A program made the position numbers and the translations under genes. A stretch of DNA of 64,000 nt from Felis catus (Eukaryota): positions 27,096,001-27,160,000 of the forward strand of contig NC_058383.1 of the NCBI RefSeq assembly GCF_018350175.1. The letters are read 5' to 3'. Under the pieces are notes generated by a model. It worked only from the letters and a program-made list of their open reading frames with translations, was not told the DNA's origin and did no database searches. Shown here one piece after another: positions 39,601 through 52,206 of the stretch; within the stretch, counting starts at the first letter, position 1, and each line of letters begins with the position of its first letter.

Positions 39601-42444
39601 TGATCCTGGAACACTGCTGGAATCATGAATGCAGAACTAAATTGCCATTCAGCCTTGTGTGTGTGAGCGCGTGTGTGTGCATGTGAAGTCTGTTTGATTG
39701 TATTTTAATTTTCTGAAATCTGGTTGTCCTCATATGCCACGAGACATCTCAAATGAGCAGAACATTTGGTTAACCAAATTCTGCATCCCCTTACGATGAC
39801 TGATTACAGCCAGTTATTTGATTTACTTTTGGGCAAGAAGAGGCCTGCTTTGGAGGACACAGAAAGACTGAATCTTAAGAGTAAACGTGATCTACGGGAG
39901 AGAACCAAAACTTGGCTACAACGGAAGCTGTGTCTGCAGAAATCTCTCCCTGATCTTTGCCACTTTGTTGCTATTTGATTTTGAGCAAATTCCTGAAGCT
40001 GGCTGAGCCTCAGTTTTCTAATCTGCAAAACGGGGATAAAAATGGTACCTGAGGCACCTGTGTGTTGTGGGTATGGCACCCATAGTCCCTGGCCCATGGC
40101 TGGTGCTCAGTAAACAGAAACCCCCATATTCTTTGCTTCGAAATGCCAGAGGAAAGGCATGCCCACCACTTGCCAGACCTCCATCACGCTGTGTGACATT
40201 TCTAATCCTACCTGCCTGTGTGCCTAGCCCTAGAATAAATTACGTATGTTCAAGTCCCTTGACCGTAAGCTACCCGATGACAGGAACTTTCTCTGATTCA
40301 TCTTTATTTTCTCAGTGTCCGGCATAGGCCTGAAACACACATTCTAGCAGCTTGATGTCTGTGAGTCCCCCTGCTCATTTCCGAGGGGCTCAGCCCGTCT
40401 GTACTGCATTCCAGAATGAGGACCTTTGTTCCCTATGCTGGGACCATCCTTCCCATATATTTGCCTGTTAACCCCCAACTGTCTTTCCAAGAACTGGCCC
40501 AGGGTCACATCAACGGGAACAGGCTGGAGTATTAATGAGAACTAAACTGAATGAAATTTTATTGATAAGCTCAACTCTCCATCTGCGTGTATGGCTGAGA
40601 ACAGAGTTCTTTTCACCATTGCACACTCCCCTGGGTTTGCTCAAATGACAGCAGTGACCCATCATAATAATTTCTCTATTCCAGTTTCACCAGATGGACA
40701 TCCCTAACGCACCAACAAGAAATACACTGATGTGTGGAGTGTTCACAATAATGAGCCTGAGACCAGAGAGATGTCGGTTCAAGTCCCGGTTCCACCACTT
40801 ACCGGCTGCGTGTCCCTGGGTGTGTCATTTCTGCGATTTGAAGTTCAGTTCCCTCATCTTTAAAACTGAGGATGAGGATGTCTACTTCATAGGGTTGCTG
40901 TGATGATTAAGTCAAATACGACAATATTAACTGTTGCCTGCTACTGAAAGATCCAGGCTGATACAGATACACAGGCACTAGGAGTGCTGTAGGACAGGAT
41001 ACTGAATGGTGGGCAGGGGAAAGCCACAGACAGAGACTGGGTAACCTAGCCCGCAGAACGCTACAATGTAGCTACTATTCTTAAGGCTGCTGTTACTCCT
41101 CTTACTTCTCCAGCACTAGGTTCTGTATTTTGCGGCTGACAGGATGTAACAAGCATCTCCACCCCCTGGAACTTCAGGGTCAGGTCAGTTCTGATTTCAG
41201 TCCCAGAGCAGGACTGAGCTCAAAGGACAGCTGACTGTCATGGATCACCTTGGGCAGCCTGCCAGGTCCCCTAGCCTGTCCTTTCCGGAATAGGATCCGA
41301 ATGCATTGGAACACAGAAGAGAAGCCACATACTCCTCCGTGGAAAAGCGAACGTCGTAGCCACCTCTGCAAACCTCAAGCGGACACAGGTTCTTGGCTCA
41401 AGAGACTGATTCTAGGGAATGAGGGCATGCTGCATCCAGAATCTTCTTTCCTCGCAGATTCTAAGCCTGTTTATTTATTTTGGAGGGTTGATGAGAAGTT
41501 ATACAAGAAATCAGGCTGTTTAAACAGAGGACACAGGCTCTGAGGTTGTAATTTGGCAGTTGCTAGAGGCAAAAACTTCTGAAATGTTTTAAAAGAGAAT
41601 TTATCACATAGATGAATGGTTCTCAAACTGCGTCTGGGACAGCTCTAGGTTCCACTTGGCCAGTGGGGCCTCAGGACAGCTCACTTGAGATTTCTCCAGA
41701 GAAATCTGTCACCTACTTTCCATACTGGGAGAAGTTTCAATTGGTAGTAAAAGATTTAGTAGAATAACAATATAAGTTGAAACGTAATTAAAGAAGATGG
41801 CCAATTCAGATTCTAATTTGGGGGGGGGGAGGGGCAGGGAGGGCAGAGTATAGCAGGTGACTAAGTCTGTGTAGCAGGACTGGCTGAACTCCACCCTCAC
41901 TAGACTGTCTGACCTTGGGCGGGAACACTTTCCTGGAGCACTCTTGCATTCTGAGCAAAGGGCATCATGATAGGACACATTTTGTATGGCTGTTTTGAAG
42001 ATAAAGAGAATGATGCATGGAGGTTAAGCACTTAGCATGGGTGCTTGGTATACAGCAAGCACTTAGTAGGTACTAAATGTGTTACTGTTGGGGCTAGGGA
42101 ATAAATTCCTTTCTTCTGCCCTCCCTCCCTTCTTTCCTCCCCTCTCCTTTTACACATTTTTGAGCATTGCCTAAGTGCCAAAAATTGTGTTGAGTTCTGA
42201 TGTTAGATAGGAATTCAGCTTTTTAGACCACTGGTATCACTTTGAGTCGCACAGACCTATTTCAAGGAGGGGTAACTTTCCCAGGTTTTATTGTACTGTG
42301 AACTCAGACTTCCTGCTCTTTGGGTAAAAGTCATTCATTTCCGGATATTCCTGAGGTGTTTACTCAGAAAGAATACCTTACATCCACTCCCCTTGTGTTC
42401 CTGACTGATAGTGACTGACATAGTATTTCTTAAAAAAATATTTA

Positions 42445-42653
42445 GGGGCGCCTGGGTGGCTCAGTCAGTTAAGTGTCCGACTTAGGCTCAGGTCATGATC
42501 TTGGGGTTCATGAGTTTGAGCCCCACATCCGGCTCTGTGCTGACAGCTCAGAGCCTGGAGCCCGCTTTGATTTCTAGGTCTCCCTCTCTCTGCCCCTCCC
42601 TGCTCATGCTCTGTGTCTCTCACTGTAAAAACAAATAAACATTAAAAAATTTA
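42445..42653 (+). mobile_element. Can-SINE (felid SINEC_Fc-type), full length
   Basis: ggggcgcctgggtggctcagtcagttaag head. TSD aaaaaaatattta at 42432-42444 and 42654-42666. Confidence 0.95.
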
Positions 42654-43829
42654 AAAAAAATATTTACTGTCATCTGGGACTATTCCGAAAACCTGTTCAC
42701 ATATAATAATGCTGAAAGGTGCTATTACAAGTTCATCGATCACTGATAAAATATTTTCCAGTGCTGGTCCTTGAATATTTAAATGGTTTGGATCATAAAA
42801 GAGGTTTATGTTGTAAACTGTAAAACACGATGTGTGCCAGATGGGAGCAGGTCTGTTTTGTTCATATCACTATATCCCACATTCATCCAGTCAGCAAACA
42901 TTACCGTTACACCTACTACCTTTCAAGATACTGTTCTGGATGTTGGAGTAACAGTGACGATTGAGACCCAGTCTCTGTGAGAATTGACCCCTAGTGTCTC
43001 GAGGCACCCCCCGTATGCCTTGGATTAGCTTTTCTCCCATGTATTACAAACGGTACTAGTTAAAGGCCATTCTTGCAAGAATCAAGAAAAGAGCCATTCT
43101 GATCATTTTCTGTGTTCTGAGGTTCCCACAAGGAACCCCCGTTAAGAAAGGTGCGGCTGGCACAATATAGTTGCTTAACACCTACAGGGGCAAACGCTGA
43201 ATGGAACCCCTAAGGCTCTGCCAGGTTCCTGAAATGGAATTCATAAACTCACATGGCATCCCTTTCATGCTAAGGCAGATAGATAAATGGGCAGGTGCAG
43301 CTGAGACGAGCCCCACTGAGTGACAGCCAGATGTGCCACTGGTCTGCAGGGACATAGCTCGGCATCAGGTGACCTGGTTCTAAAGCCTACTGTGTGAACT
43401 TGCAAGCTACTTTATCCTGAGTCTCAGTGTCCTGGCCTGAGGGGGGTAGAGAACTGAGGAGATCACGTGTGTGAAGGTTTATTGGCCTAGGGCCTGGCAC
43501 ACAGGAAGTGCCTGGTTAACCCAGAGCTGTTGTTACTCAGTCCCTCTGAGGGACGGACAAGGAGGCCTGGCTTCCCGAGGCACACCACACTGCAAGCTGC
43601 AGTCAGCAGGTGTTTCCCCGGGGAAGCCAAGCCCGTGGGGTGCTGACATGGCCCGAGAGCTTGAGAACAAAGCCGAGACTAATGTCTCTCTGCAGCTGGT
43701 GCCCTTGCTGCCCCCTAAAAGGCTGAGGTCGGCCAAAAAAGGAAACCCTCAGAAGCTGGAATCCCTTTTTTCCTACCTTATCTTCTTACTATTTCTTCCT
43801 TTTCTCTCCTAGGCAGTTGAACCACATAC

Positions 43830-44340
43830 AGTAAAAAGTCACCATAATACCCAGAAGAATTGAAAAGCCAGTGTTGAAACAAAAACTTCTATATAAACGT
43901 TCACAGCAGCACTGTACACAACAGCAAAAGGCGGAAATGACTCAAACGTCCACGGAAGGGTGAACCGAGAAACCCAATGTGGTACATCCTTACAGTGGAG
44001 TATTATTCGGCCGTAAGACGGAATGAGGCACTGATATCTGCTACCACGTGGCTGGACTTTGTGAACATCATGCTAAATGACACCAGCCAGGCAAAAAGAC
44101 CACATATCACAGGGTTCCATTTATATGAGGTATCCGGAATAGGTAAGCCCATGCACACTGGTGATTGCCGGGGCCCAGGGACAGGAAGGAACAAGGAGCA
44201 ACCGCTTACTAGCTTTTCGGGATGACTCAAATGTCCGGCACCGGGGTGATGGTGGTTGCAGCACATCGTCAATGTACCACGTGTCACTCGTGGAGATTTC
44301 TATCGGCTGAACTCCAATATTCCAAAGCGAAAAAAACAAA
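43830..44340 (+). mobile_element. L1 3' region (L1MB-like)
   Basis: gttcacagcagcac...aatgtggtacatccttacagtggagtattattcggccgtaa...catcatgctaaatga...ttccatttatatgagg. Confidence 0.8.
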
Positions 44341-47300
44341 GTTCATCATCACACAGCTCCGACAACAACCATGGTAGGCGTGTTGTAAACGTTTCACGCA
44401 CCCTACGTGTTTATCCTCACAACTCCCCTAGAAAGGAGGCAGCACTGGACTCCTTTCACAACGGACACACTGACTTCTCAAGCCGGCCTAGCTTCTCTAG
44501 TACCAGGGCTGTTGCGGCTGCTAACTACGGGGGACAGAGGTCAAGTGCTCCAGGAACCAGGTCTGTGTCCACCCTCACTGTGCCTTCCCAAAGACCTCAC
44601 GTGGTGGCTGCCATTATTATCACCCATTTTGCAGATGAGGAAGGACAAAGAAGTTCCAAGACCTCTTCTGGCTCAGACAGCCCATGTGTAACAGAAGCGA
44701 CCACCTGACCTCAGAGTCCCAGGGCTTCGGCACATAGGCTTGGCCACGGAAACGGAGGGAAGGTGGACAGCACAGCGTCTACCTTCCGGCCCTGTTCGTG
44801 GAAGACGGGGACAGCTAGGTTCCCTGCCACACGACGTCAAGAGATCACTTGGGATCCGGACCCTCTCCCGGGCTGCAGGGAAGCCAGCAGTGTGATGTCC
44901 GCGGCCGGGCAAGTATGAGGTGCCACCGTCCCCCCCTGCTGGGCTCCCACACGGGGCCCCCCTGGGTCTGTGCTGGCACCTCCAGTTAAGTGGAGAAGCA
45001 GCAGAGCCAACTTGAGGATTTATGAGAACCCATCACGGCTCATTGTTCTCCTGAAATCGAGTCTCTGGTGCGTTGGAATGTTTTCCATTTTCATGGTGGG
45101 AAAATCTGAAAATGCCTCTAGCTGAAAGAAATAAGTAAAGACAAAACCTTTCCACTGGTCTTCAATCCACGATGAAGCTCAGAGATGCCATTTAATAGTT
45201 GTGGAAGCGAACAACATGGGACGAAGGATCAGCGAGTCTTCCGCCACGTAGGAATAAATGACAGCAGGGGCTGCCGCCTGCCGCCGTTGTAGGGGGTGGC
45301 CATCGACCGTCAGTCTGCTCCTACAGCCCTCCCTGCGCAGAGAACTCGCTGAGCTCCTGCGACATGCCAGGCACTGTGCCAGGCACTAGAGAGACAGCCT
45401 CAGCAGAAGACCTGTCACTGCTGTGCTTGTGGAACTGTCAACCTAGCGAACTGGCCTGTCTAGGTCACCCCACGGTCGTGGTGCATTGAGCACCTGCTCT
45501 GTGCCAGGCAAGGCCCTGCAAGTTCCACAGCTCCATCCCCACGGCGAAGGCTGCGGCGGGGCACTGTGACGCTGTCCATATTACAGATGAAAAAACCGAG
45601 GTGTGCCAAGGGTGAGCAACCTGCCCCAAGCTTTTGGGGCCAGTAAACGAGACGACTGGATTCAGACTCTGCGGACTCCCCACGCGCACACTTCTGATCC
45701 CTTTCCTACACTGTCCGAAGGCCCGAGCCCCAGAAAGTTTCTGCCAAACAGAGAACGGAAAGAGGGTTTCTGGGTCCAGCTCCAGCTTATAGTATCTCCC
45801 CAGGAACCCCCTGGGGCACGGAGACGAAAAGCACTATGTGCCGCAGAGAGGCCCAAGAGAGAAGAAATAATAGCGGTGAAACAACAGGGGGGAATAGCCT
45901 GCTGCAAAGTAATTACCTGAGCTATCATGCACACATCCGCTCGCACAAAGTACCCGCTATCATATTTCCCCTTCTCTAGCAGCCGGTAGACTTCTCTACT
46001 TTTTCTTCTTTCCTTCCTTTTCCCCCCACTGCCAAACAACCGAATAGGAGCTGAGGCAATCTCATCATGGCACTTTCCAACCTAAAACTTTCCCAAGATA
46101 ACCTGCTGCTTTTAGGATAAACTCAGGCTCTCAGGGTCTCAGGCTGTCTGGGTCCCGCCTAACTCTCCAGCCTGGTTCTCTATGTGCTTATCCCTCTGCC
46201 CACACCAGCCGCTATTGACCTGATGCATGGGACATGTTGCCTCGTGTCTCAGGGCTTTGTAGACCGCTCTGCTTGGAACACTCATGCCCCATTGTTCACC
46301 CAGTTAATTCCTTCTGTCCTTTCAATTCTCAGCTCAGAGACACTTCTCCAGGGAAGCTCTCTCTGACTCCTGAGAAGAGAAACGGTTATATGCACAGTGG
46401 TTTCCTACGTTATATGCATGTAAACTTCCTTCCTGACAATGGCATGAAGATGTGATTATTTAATGGTCAAATCTGTGAAGGCAGAGATGTTAACTACCCT
46501 ACTGGTAGCTATAACCCCAGACCCTAGCAAATGTCTGGCACGATGGATGTTTCTACAAGTGTGTATTGACTGACTGAATGTATGAATGAATCAATCAATC
46601 AATACTGAGGTCCTAAAGCTGATATTTCATTTGAATGCATTTCGTGGTCATTGTCTTGGTTAAAAATTTCTCTCTCCATAAATCAACGTGGCAACCTATG
46701 GCAGACTCGTGAGACAGATTATAGACAGGGACCCCAAACACATCTAGGTGGGGAACCGGACCCACAAGATCAACCAGAGATACAGAAGGTACAAGTACAT
46801 GGGTCTGGTCACTCTGGGAAATCTTGGAGAATTAGCTGGCATCACGGCATTCATCAGCAACTTGCCAGGTCAGCCGAGGAAAGAGAAACGAGTCTTGTGC
46901 TTTCAGGGGGAGCAGGAAGCTGGGGTAAGTGCTGAAATCAATGAGTCTTGGGATTCAACATCATTAACCTTTCTGATTCAGAATGAGGAAGGTGGCACAG
47001 GGTGAATTACAGTGCTAACGGGCACACGGTATTTCTGACGGGTTTGTACAGAGAAGGCTGGTGGGAACAACGTATGATCTTCTCTGGCTGAAGGATACTA
47101 TGTGAGGCTGGACAGGCCTATAGTCATGGAGGACACTCTGTGAACAAACTCCCCATCCCCTCTCGGCTGGCATGGTCAGGAGACAGGGATGGGGGAGCTG
47201 TAGTTCACACACTGCTTTCCAGCTCGAGTTTAGGACTGGTAAGCGATGCAGGTTGGGGAAAATAAAGTAAAAGGAGACTATTGTTTAGTGTCAAGTTCGG

Positions 47301-47560
47301 CTACCCAGGGCTGAGTGGGAGTCCAGGCCAGGGTCTGGGGGAGGTTACCAGAAGCCCTTACCATTCTTCCTCTGTCCAGGGTCATAAAATCTGAAGCAAG
47401 GAGTGGATCGCACGCCGGTGCCTGGGTGGGCAGAACCATCTGTAAGGGCCACGCATGGGAAAATGGTGGGTGGGGAAGCGAATCTGCAGAGGCTGAAACC
47501 TGTGTGTTCTGGGCAAGGCCATGACCTGAAATGTGGGAGACCTGGCAGAATGGTATGGAT

Positions 47561-47761
47561 CACGGGTCTGTGAACAATGGCCTGCCCTTGCTTTCGTAAA
47601 TAAAGTTTGATGGGAACACAGCCTAGCCTGTCTGCTTATGTATGGTCTGCGGCTGCCTTATTGCTACAGCAGAAGAACTGTGTCATTGTGACCATCTGGC
47701 CCACAAAACTGATGTAATTACTATCTGGTCCTTTATAAAAAAAAAAGTTGATTGACCTCTG
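47561..47761 (-). mobile_element. MER58A-like hAT MITE
   Basis: gtaaataaagtttgatgggaacacagcc...ggctgcctt...tggcccacaaaac...tactatctggtcctttata...tgacctctg. Confidence 0.75.
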
Positions 47762-48109
47762 CCATTGTGCTTCTCTGTGACCCTTCACACACCTTCCTCT
47801 CAACTTGTTGCCTTAACTCCCTTTTTAAGTGTCTTCTTGGGCCCTCCCTCCTCCGTCCACACTGTATGTTCCCTTGGACACATTTCCACTGGATGTGCCG
47901 TCCACCTGCTGATGTCTTGTCTCTTTCCCTCACCAGCATGGAAGAAGGCATGGCAGTAACATTCTTTATTTACTGCTATACCCCAGCAGCCAGAAAACTG
48001 CCGGGCATACAGTAGGCACTCAATAAATACTTGTGGAATTGACTGAAGAGCCACTTACCCCTTGTATACTTGCTTTAACATTTTCTTATTTGGATCAACT
48101 GTATTTTTA

Positions 48110-48311
48110 CTTTCTTAAGGTTATTTATTTTGGGAGAGAAAGAGAGCAAGTGTGGGGGAGGGGCAGAGACAGAGGGAGAGAGAAAATCCCAAGTAGACTC
48201 TACTCTGTCAATGCAGAGCCCAACGTGGGGCTCGAACCGGAAATGTCAGATGGTAACCTGACCCAAAGTCAAGAGTCAGACGCTTAACCAAACGAACTAC
48301 CTGGTTGCCCC
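48110..48311 (-). mobile_element. Can-SINE with perfect 15-bp TSD
   Basis: TSD tcaactgtattttta at 48095-48109 and 48312-48326. Confidence 0.93.
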
Positions 48312-51300
48312 TCAACTGTATTTTTAAATAAAATTTCAGCCTCAGAAATCTGGGGTATGTCAGGTCTTCCTTGTATGTGTTAATATAAATAAATATTGAC
48401 GTTTTCAAAAATGTCTGCATACCACTTTAAATCATCTTGCACGCTGGAAGTGGCTTGTGAATTAGACTTGGGAAGCCCTGGCTTGCGGTTAAGGATGCGG
48501 GTGGGTTTAAGTCCGAGCTCCGTCTCACGGGAAGCGAGCAATGGTGGGCAAACTCATGTCCCTTCTCTCTAATGAGGATGCTGAAGGTCCCATCTCACCA
48601 GGCAGCTGAGAGGTTAGGTGAGATTTGGGAAGCACTTGGCTCAGTCCCCCGCACACACTCAGGACTGGACGTACAGAGGTGGGGACGTTTGGCAGAGGGG
48701 TGTCTCCTGGTAAGTCAGTGTATGACCACGCAGCTGCTCTTGCCTCCCAGTCCTGCGGCCGTCGCTCCTAGTGAATGAAGCCGGGCAGAAGCCACCCCGG
48801 AGTGGACAAGGTTCCACCACATCCCTGGCAAAGCAATTTGGATTAATGGGACTATTTAGCTGTAGGTGCCTGGAGAATGCATTGTTTAAACTAACTTGTT
48901 AGAAACATCCCCAGGGCGGCAAACTTTTAAACAAAGATTGACTCTGTAATCAAAAACTGCTTGGCCTTAAACCACATTCAGCATCCCAAAGAGCGCAATT
49001 ACGTTGAGAAAGGGGAGGTGATGTTTGCGCCTCTGGCTGGGTTTGCCAAGTAATGTTGACTGATGGACACGATTAAATTGCACCGGGGAGAATCCTCTGG
49101 AGGAGTAAAGGACACAGGAGGCAGGCGGTGGCTCTGGGGGACACCGTTTCCATTCTTCCTCCACAAGGGAGCACAACACTGATGTGGGATTCCACTGGGC
49201 CCCTCACCCTGGGAAAACTGGCCCGCACCACCAACTGACTTCCTCTTTCCCCAACCTCTACTTGATTATGTGGCATTATGGGCAATGGGCCAAGGCCAGA
49301 ATCCGGGTTCCAGATGATCCATCTGGACTGGGTGGGCCTTCTCACTTCAGAAGGACAGGGGCGATGGAGAAAGGCTTCTGTTCGTGACACTATCCCTCAG
49401 GCTGTGGACCCATCCAGATGTCTGAGACACGTTCTGACCCTGCCTAGGGGCCTTGCAATGGCCACCGGGTTGGCCAGAGGCGTATCGCCTGAGCCTGGGG
49501 TGAGGGGTGGAGCGGCGAGGACAGTGAGTTGGTTTAGGAGAACTGTGAAGGCACATTCCACCTTGAAACCTGAAGGAGGCTGTAGCAACACGGATTCAAG
49601 AGTAAGCCGAATGGACAAGGACAGTGGTGTTTCTGCCCACTGAGCTCAAGCAGGCTGATCGACAAGGAGGGTCTTTTCAAACAGCCTTACTGGGGGGCAG
49701 GGAGGTGGGGGCCAGGGTTGCTCAACTGCAGACACATCCCAACAGGGCTCCGCCCAAGGCAACAGCCTTCAGGACTCCCTGTGACCACCGCATCTCCTCA
49801 AAGGTACGTGTGCGCGCTCTCTCTGGGTCTGCATTTCCATAGCAGTACAAGGATACAGAGAGATAAAATACAGGAAGGAATAAAGAAAACAACCACAAAA
49901 AAGGCCAGATCACACCTTTTTTTTTTTTTTTTTGTCTACAGTTAAGAACTGTGAAGGATTTTTAGCTTGCATGATAATAATAGGAGAACCACTTCGTGAG
50001 CGCCTGTAATAAACGCCCAGCTCTGGCTTAGGTCCTGTGTTTGAGTGTCTCCCAACGCCGTAATGCCATCCTGAGGAAATGGCTGTGGGGAAGGGGCTCT
50101 GGTTGGCTTTCTCATATTAGGGCCCCATCTGCTCATCTCCTTCCTAGACTCTCCCAGAAGGAGAAGGAACTGATGGTCCGATTATGCAGTGCCAGAGACA
50201 TTTCTTGGACAGGGTCATCAGGGGCTGGGTTACCGTCTGGTGAAAGCCCCCACCTGCACTCCACTATTTTTTCTCCCATTTCTTGCCTCAAACCTCGGCT
50301 GTGCCTGAGTCCTTGGGGCGAGGACCAGCCACACATTTCTCTTTTGCCTCTTCCCTTTGTGCAACGGGGTGGATACAGTAGCGAAGGTCTCCCCGGCAGA
50401 CCCGGCATCCCTCTCTCCTCTGTGCCCGTTAGCACGGCTGAGCATCCTGGTCCCGACATTCGGATGGTGGTAGGGATGAACATGAGCCCCCCCATGGAGG
50501 TGGGAGCCAGGCCTGAGCCGTTGTGTTCTAACCCGTTTGTTTATCAGAGAGCTTGCGGAGCGGGACTTCAGGCAGGGCTCGGATCCCCACGTGGCTGCTG
50601 TTCCTCACGTGGCTTCCTGACAAGTAACATGATCACCTCCCTCTTCCAGGTGAGAAAACGGAAACCCAGGAAGCTTGGAGTCACCTGTCTCAAGATGATA
50701 CGGGCAGCAGGGGACAGATTCAAGCCCAGGTCAGGCCGACACACAGGGCCTCTCCTGTGCCCTGGCGGAGCGAGGAATGGTGTAGAAAATGCCAGCGTCG
50801 GTTAGGTTTTGCTGGGGAACAACTGTGCCTATCTGGAGGCACGGCAGCCATTCTTTCTGAATTAGCCTTGCTGGAGGCTAACATTTAAATGAGTGAGGGT
50901 TCCATCAGGCACCATGGTTCAGCAGTTAGGGTAAGACTCTGAAGGGTGAAATCAGGAGGGGACAGGATTATAAAGGAACTTGAAAGCCAGGGCAGTCCCA
51001 GCTAATGCAGGACAGCTGGCTCCTCAGTCTATGCCTTGAGCAGAGACAAATGGTAGAGTCCCGATCTTTTACTGGCCAGAGAGGGAGAGCGCCCATCTGG
51101 AAATGGGGCCACTCTAGCCACGGCGGCCACGTGCTGGGGTTCAAGTTCTTGTCTGACTGGCTTCTTCCCTGGGGTCAAGGGCTTGTGCATCGCGCTGGCC
51201 GACCTCATGGAGCATAAAGCACACTGCACTTGGGAGTCCCTGAGCCTTCGTGCCAATTCCCGCTCGGCCACTGCCAAGCTGTGTAACCTTTGGCAGGTCA

Positions 51301-51820
51301 TTCGGACTCACTAAGCCTCGTGCCCTTCTCTGCCCCACCCCTCCTCCATCCAGCGGAGCGAAAGCGAAAAGCGATGGGGGCTTGGCAGCTGTTGAACACG
51401 AACGACTCTGGGTTCAGGCTCCGGCGTGCACTGCTGCTCTCTTGGCTCCTGGACATGTCTGCCTCCTGGACTCTCATCCAGGTGGAGAGCACGTGGACTC
51501 ACATGGGAGGACGCGTGGGAGAGCCGTGCTGCCCACTGGGTGCACTAGGACGTGCTGGTGAAGAACTCAGCTCTTGTCTCTCCTCCGGTGATAGAAGAAG
51601 TGTGGGTTCGGACTCCGGCTCTGATCCCCACCTGGGGTGAGACGTGGGGCAGATTCCTTAACTTTTCTTAGCCTCAGTTTCTTCATCTGCAAGATGGGAT
51701 ACTGCCACAGCACCTGCCTTCTGGGGTTGAGGAAACACTGGCCTGGGATTCCCTGGATGGTTCAGTACCGGCAAAATGCTAGCTGATGAGCATTACGATT
51801 AGCTACGGGAGTCTGGCAGA

Positions 51821-52052
51821 TCCCTTTTTTTCTTTATTAAGTTTATTTATTTATTTTGAGAGACACAGAAAGTACAAGCAAGGGAGGGGCAGAGAGAGAG
51901 AAGGAGAGAGAGAATCCCAAGCAGGCTCTGCACTGTCAGCACAGAGCCCGATGTGGGGCTTGAAGTCATGAACTGGGAGATCATGACCTGAGCCGAAACC
52001 AACAGTCAGATGCTTCATCGGCTAGGCCACCCAGGCACCCCAGGCACCCCCA
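51821..52052 (-). mobile_element. Can-SINE with 12-bp TSD and duplicated head
   Basis: TSD gagtctggcaga at 51809-51820 and 52053-52064. Confidence 0.93.
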
Positions 52053-52152
52053 GAGTCTGGCAGACTCACCAGGCATCTACTTTGAAAGTCCACTATGGAC
52101 CACTCTCTACAGTGGGCAATGACTCTGAGTGGCAGCAAGGGGGAGGGAGGAA

Positions 52153-52157
<5 letters not shown>

Positions 52158-52196
<39 letters not shown>

Positions 52197-52206
52197 CACC
52201 ACCACC
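52158..52206. repeat. (AAT)n followed by (ACC)n microsatellite
   Basis: About 12 perfect AAT units, then accaccaccacc. Confidence 0.9.

Noticed and set aside
42445..42530. tRNA-like A/B box sequence in SINE heads
   Set aside because: Can-SINEs are tRNA-derived. Each is followed by a CT tract and A tail, and many have clear TSDs, so they are not tRNA genes.
50041..50805. 254-aa ORF, and similar 230-236-aa ORFs at 37322-38032 and 53402-54094
   Set aside because: Non-ATG starts, low-information Pro/Gly/Ser/Leu-rich translations, overlap with MIR-like or simple repeats, and no family resemblance. Such ORFs are expected by chance in GC-rich intron.
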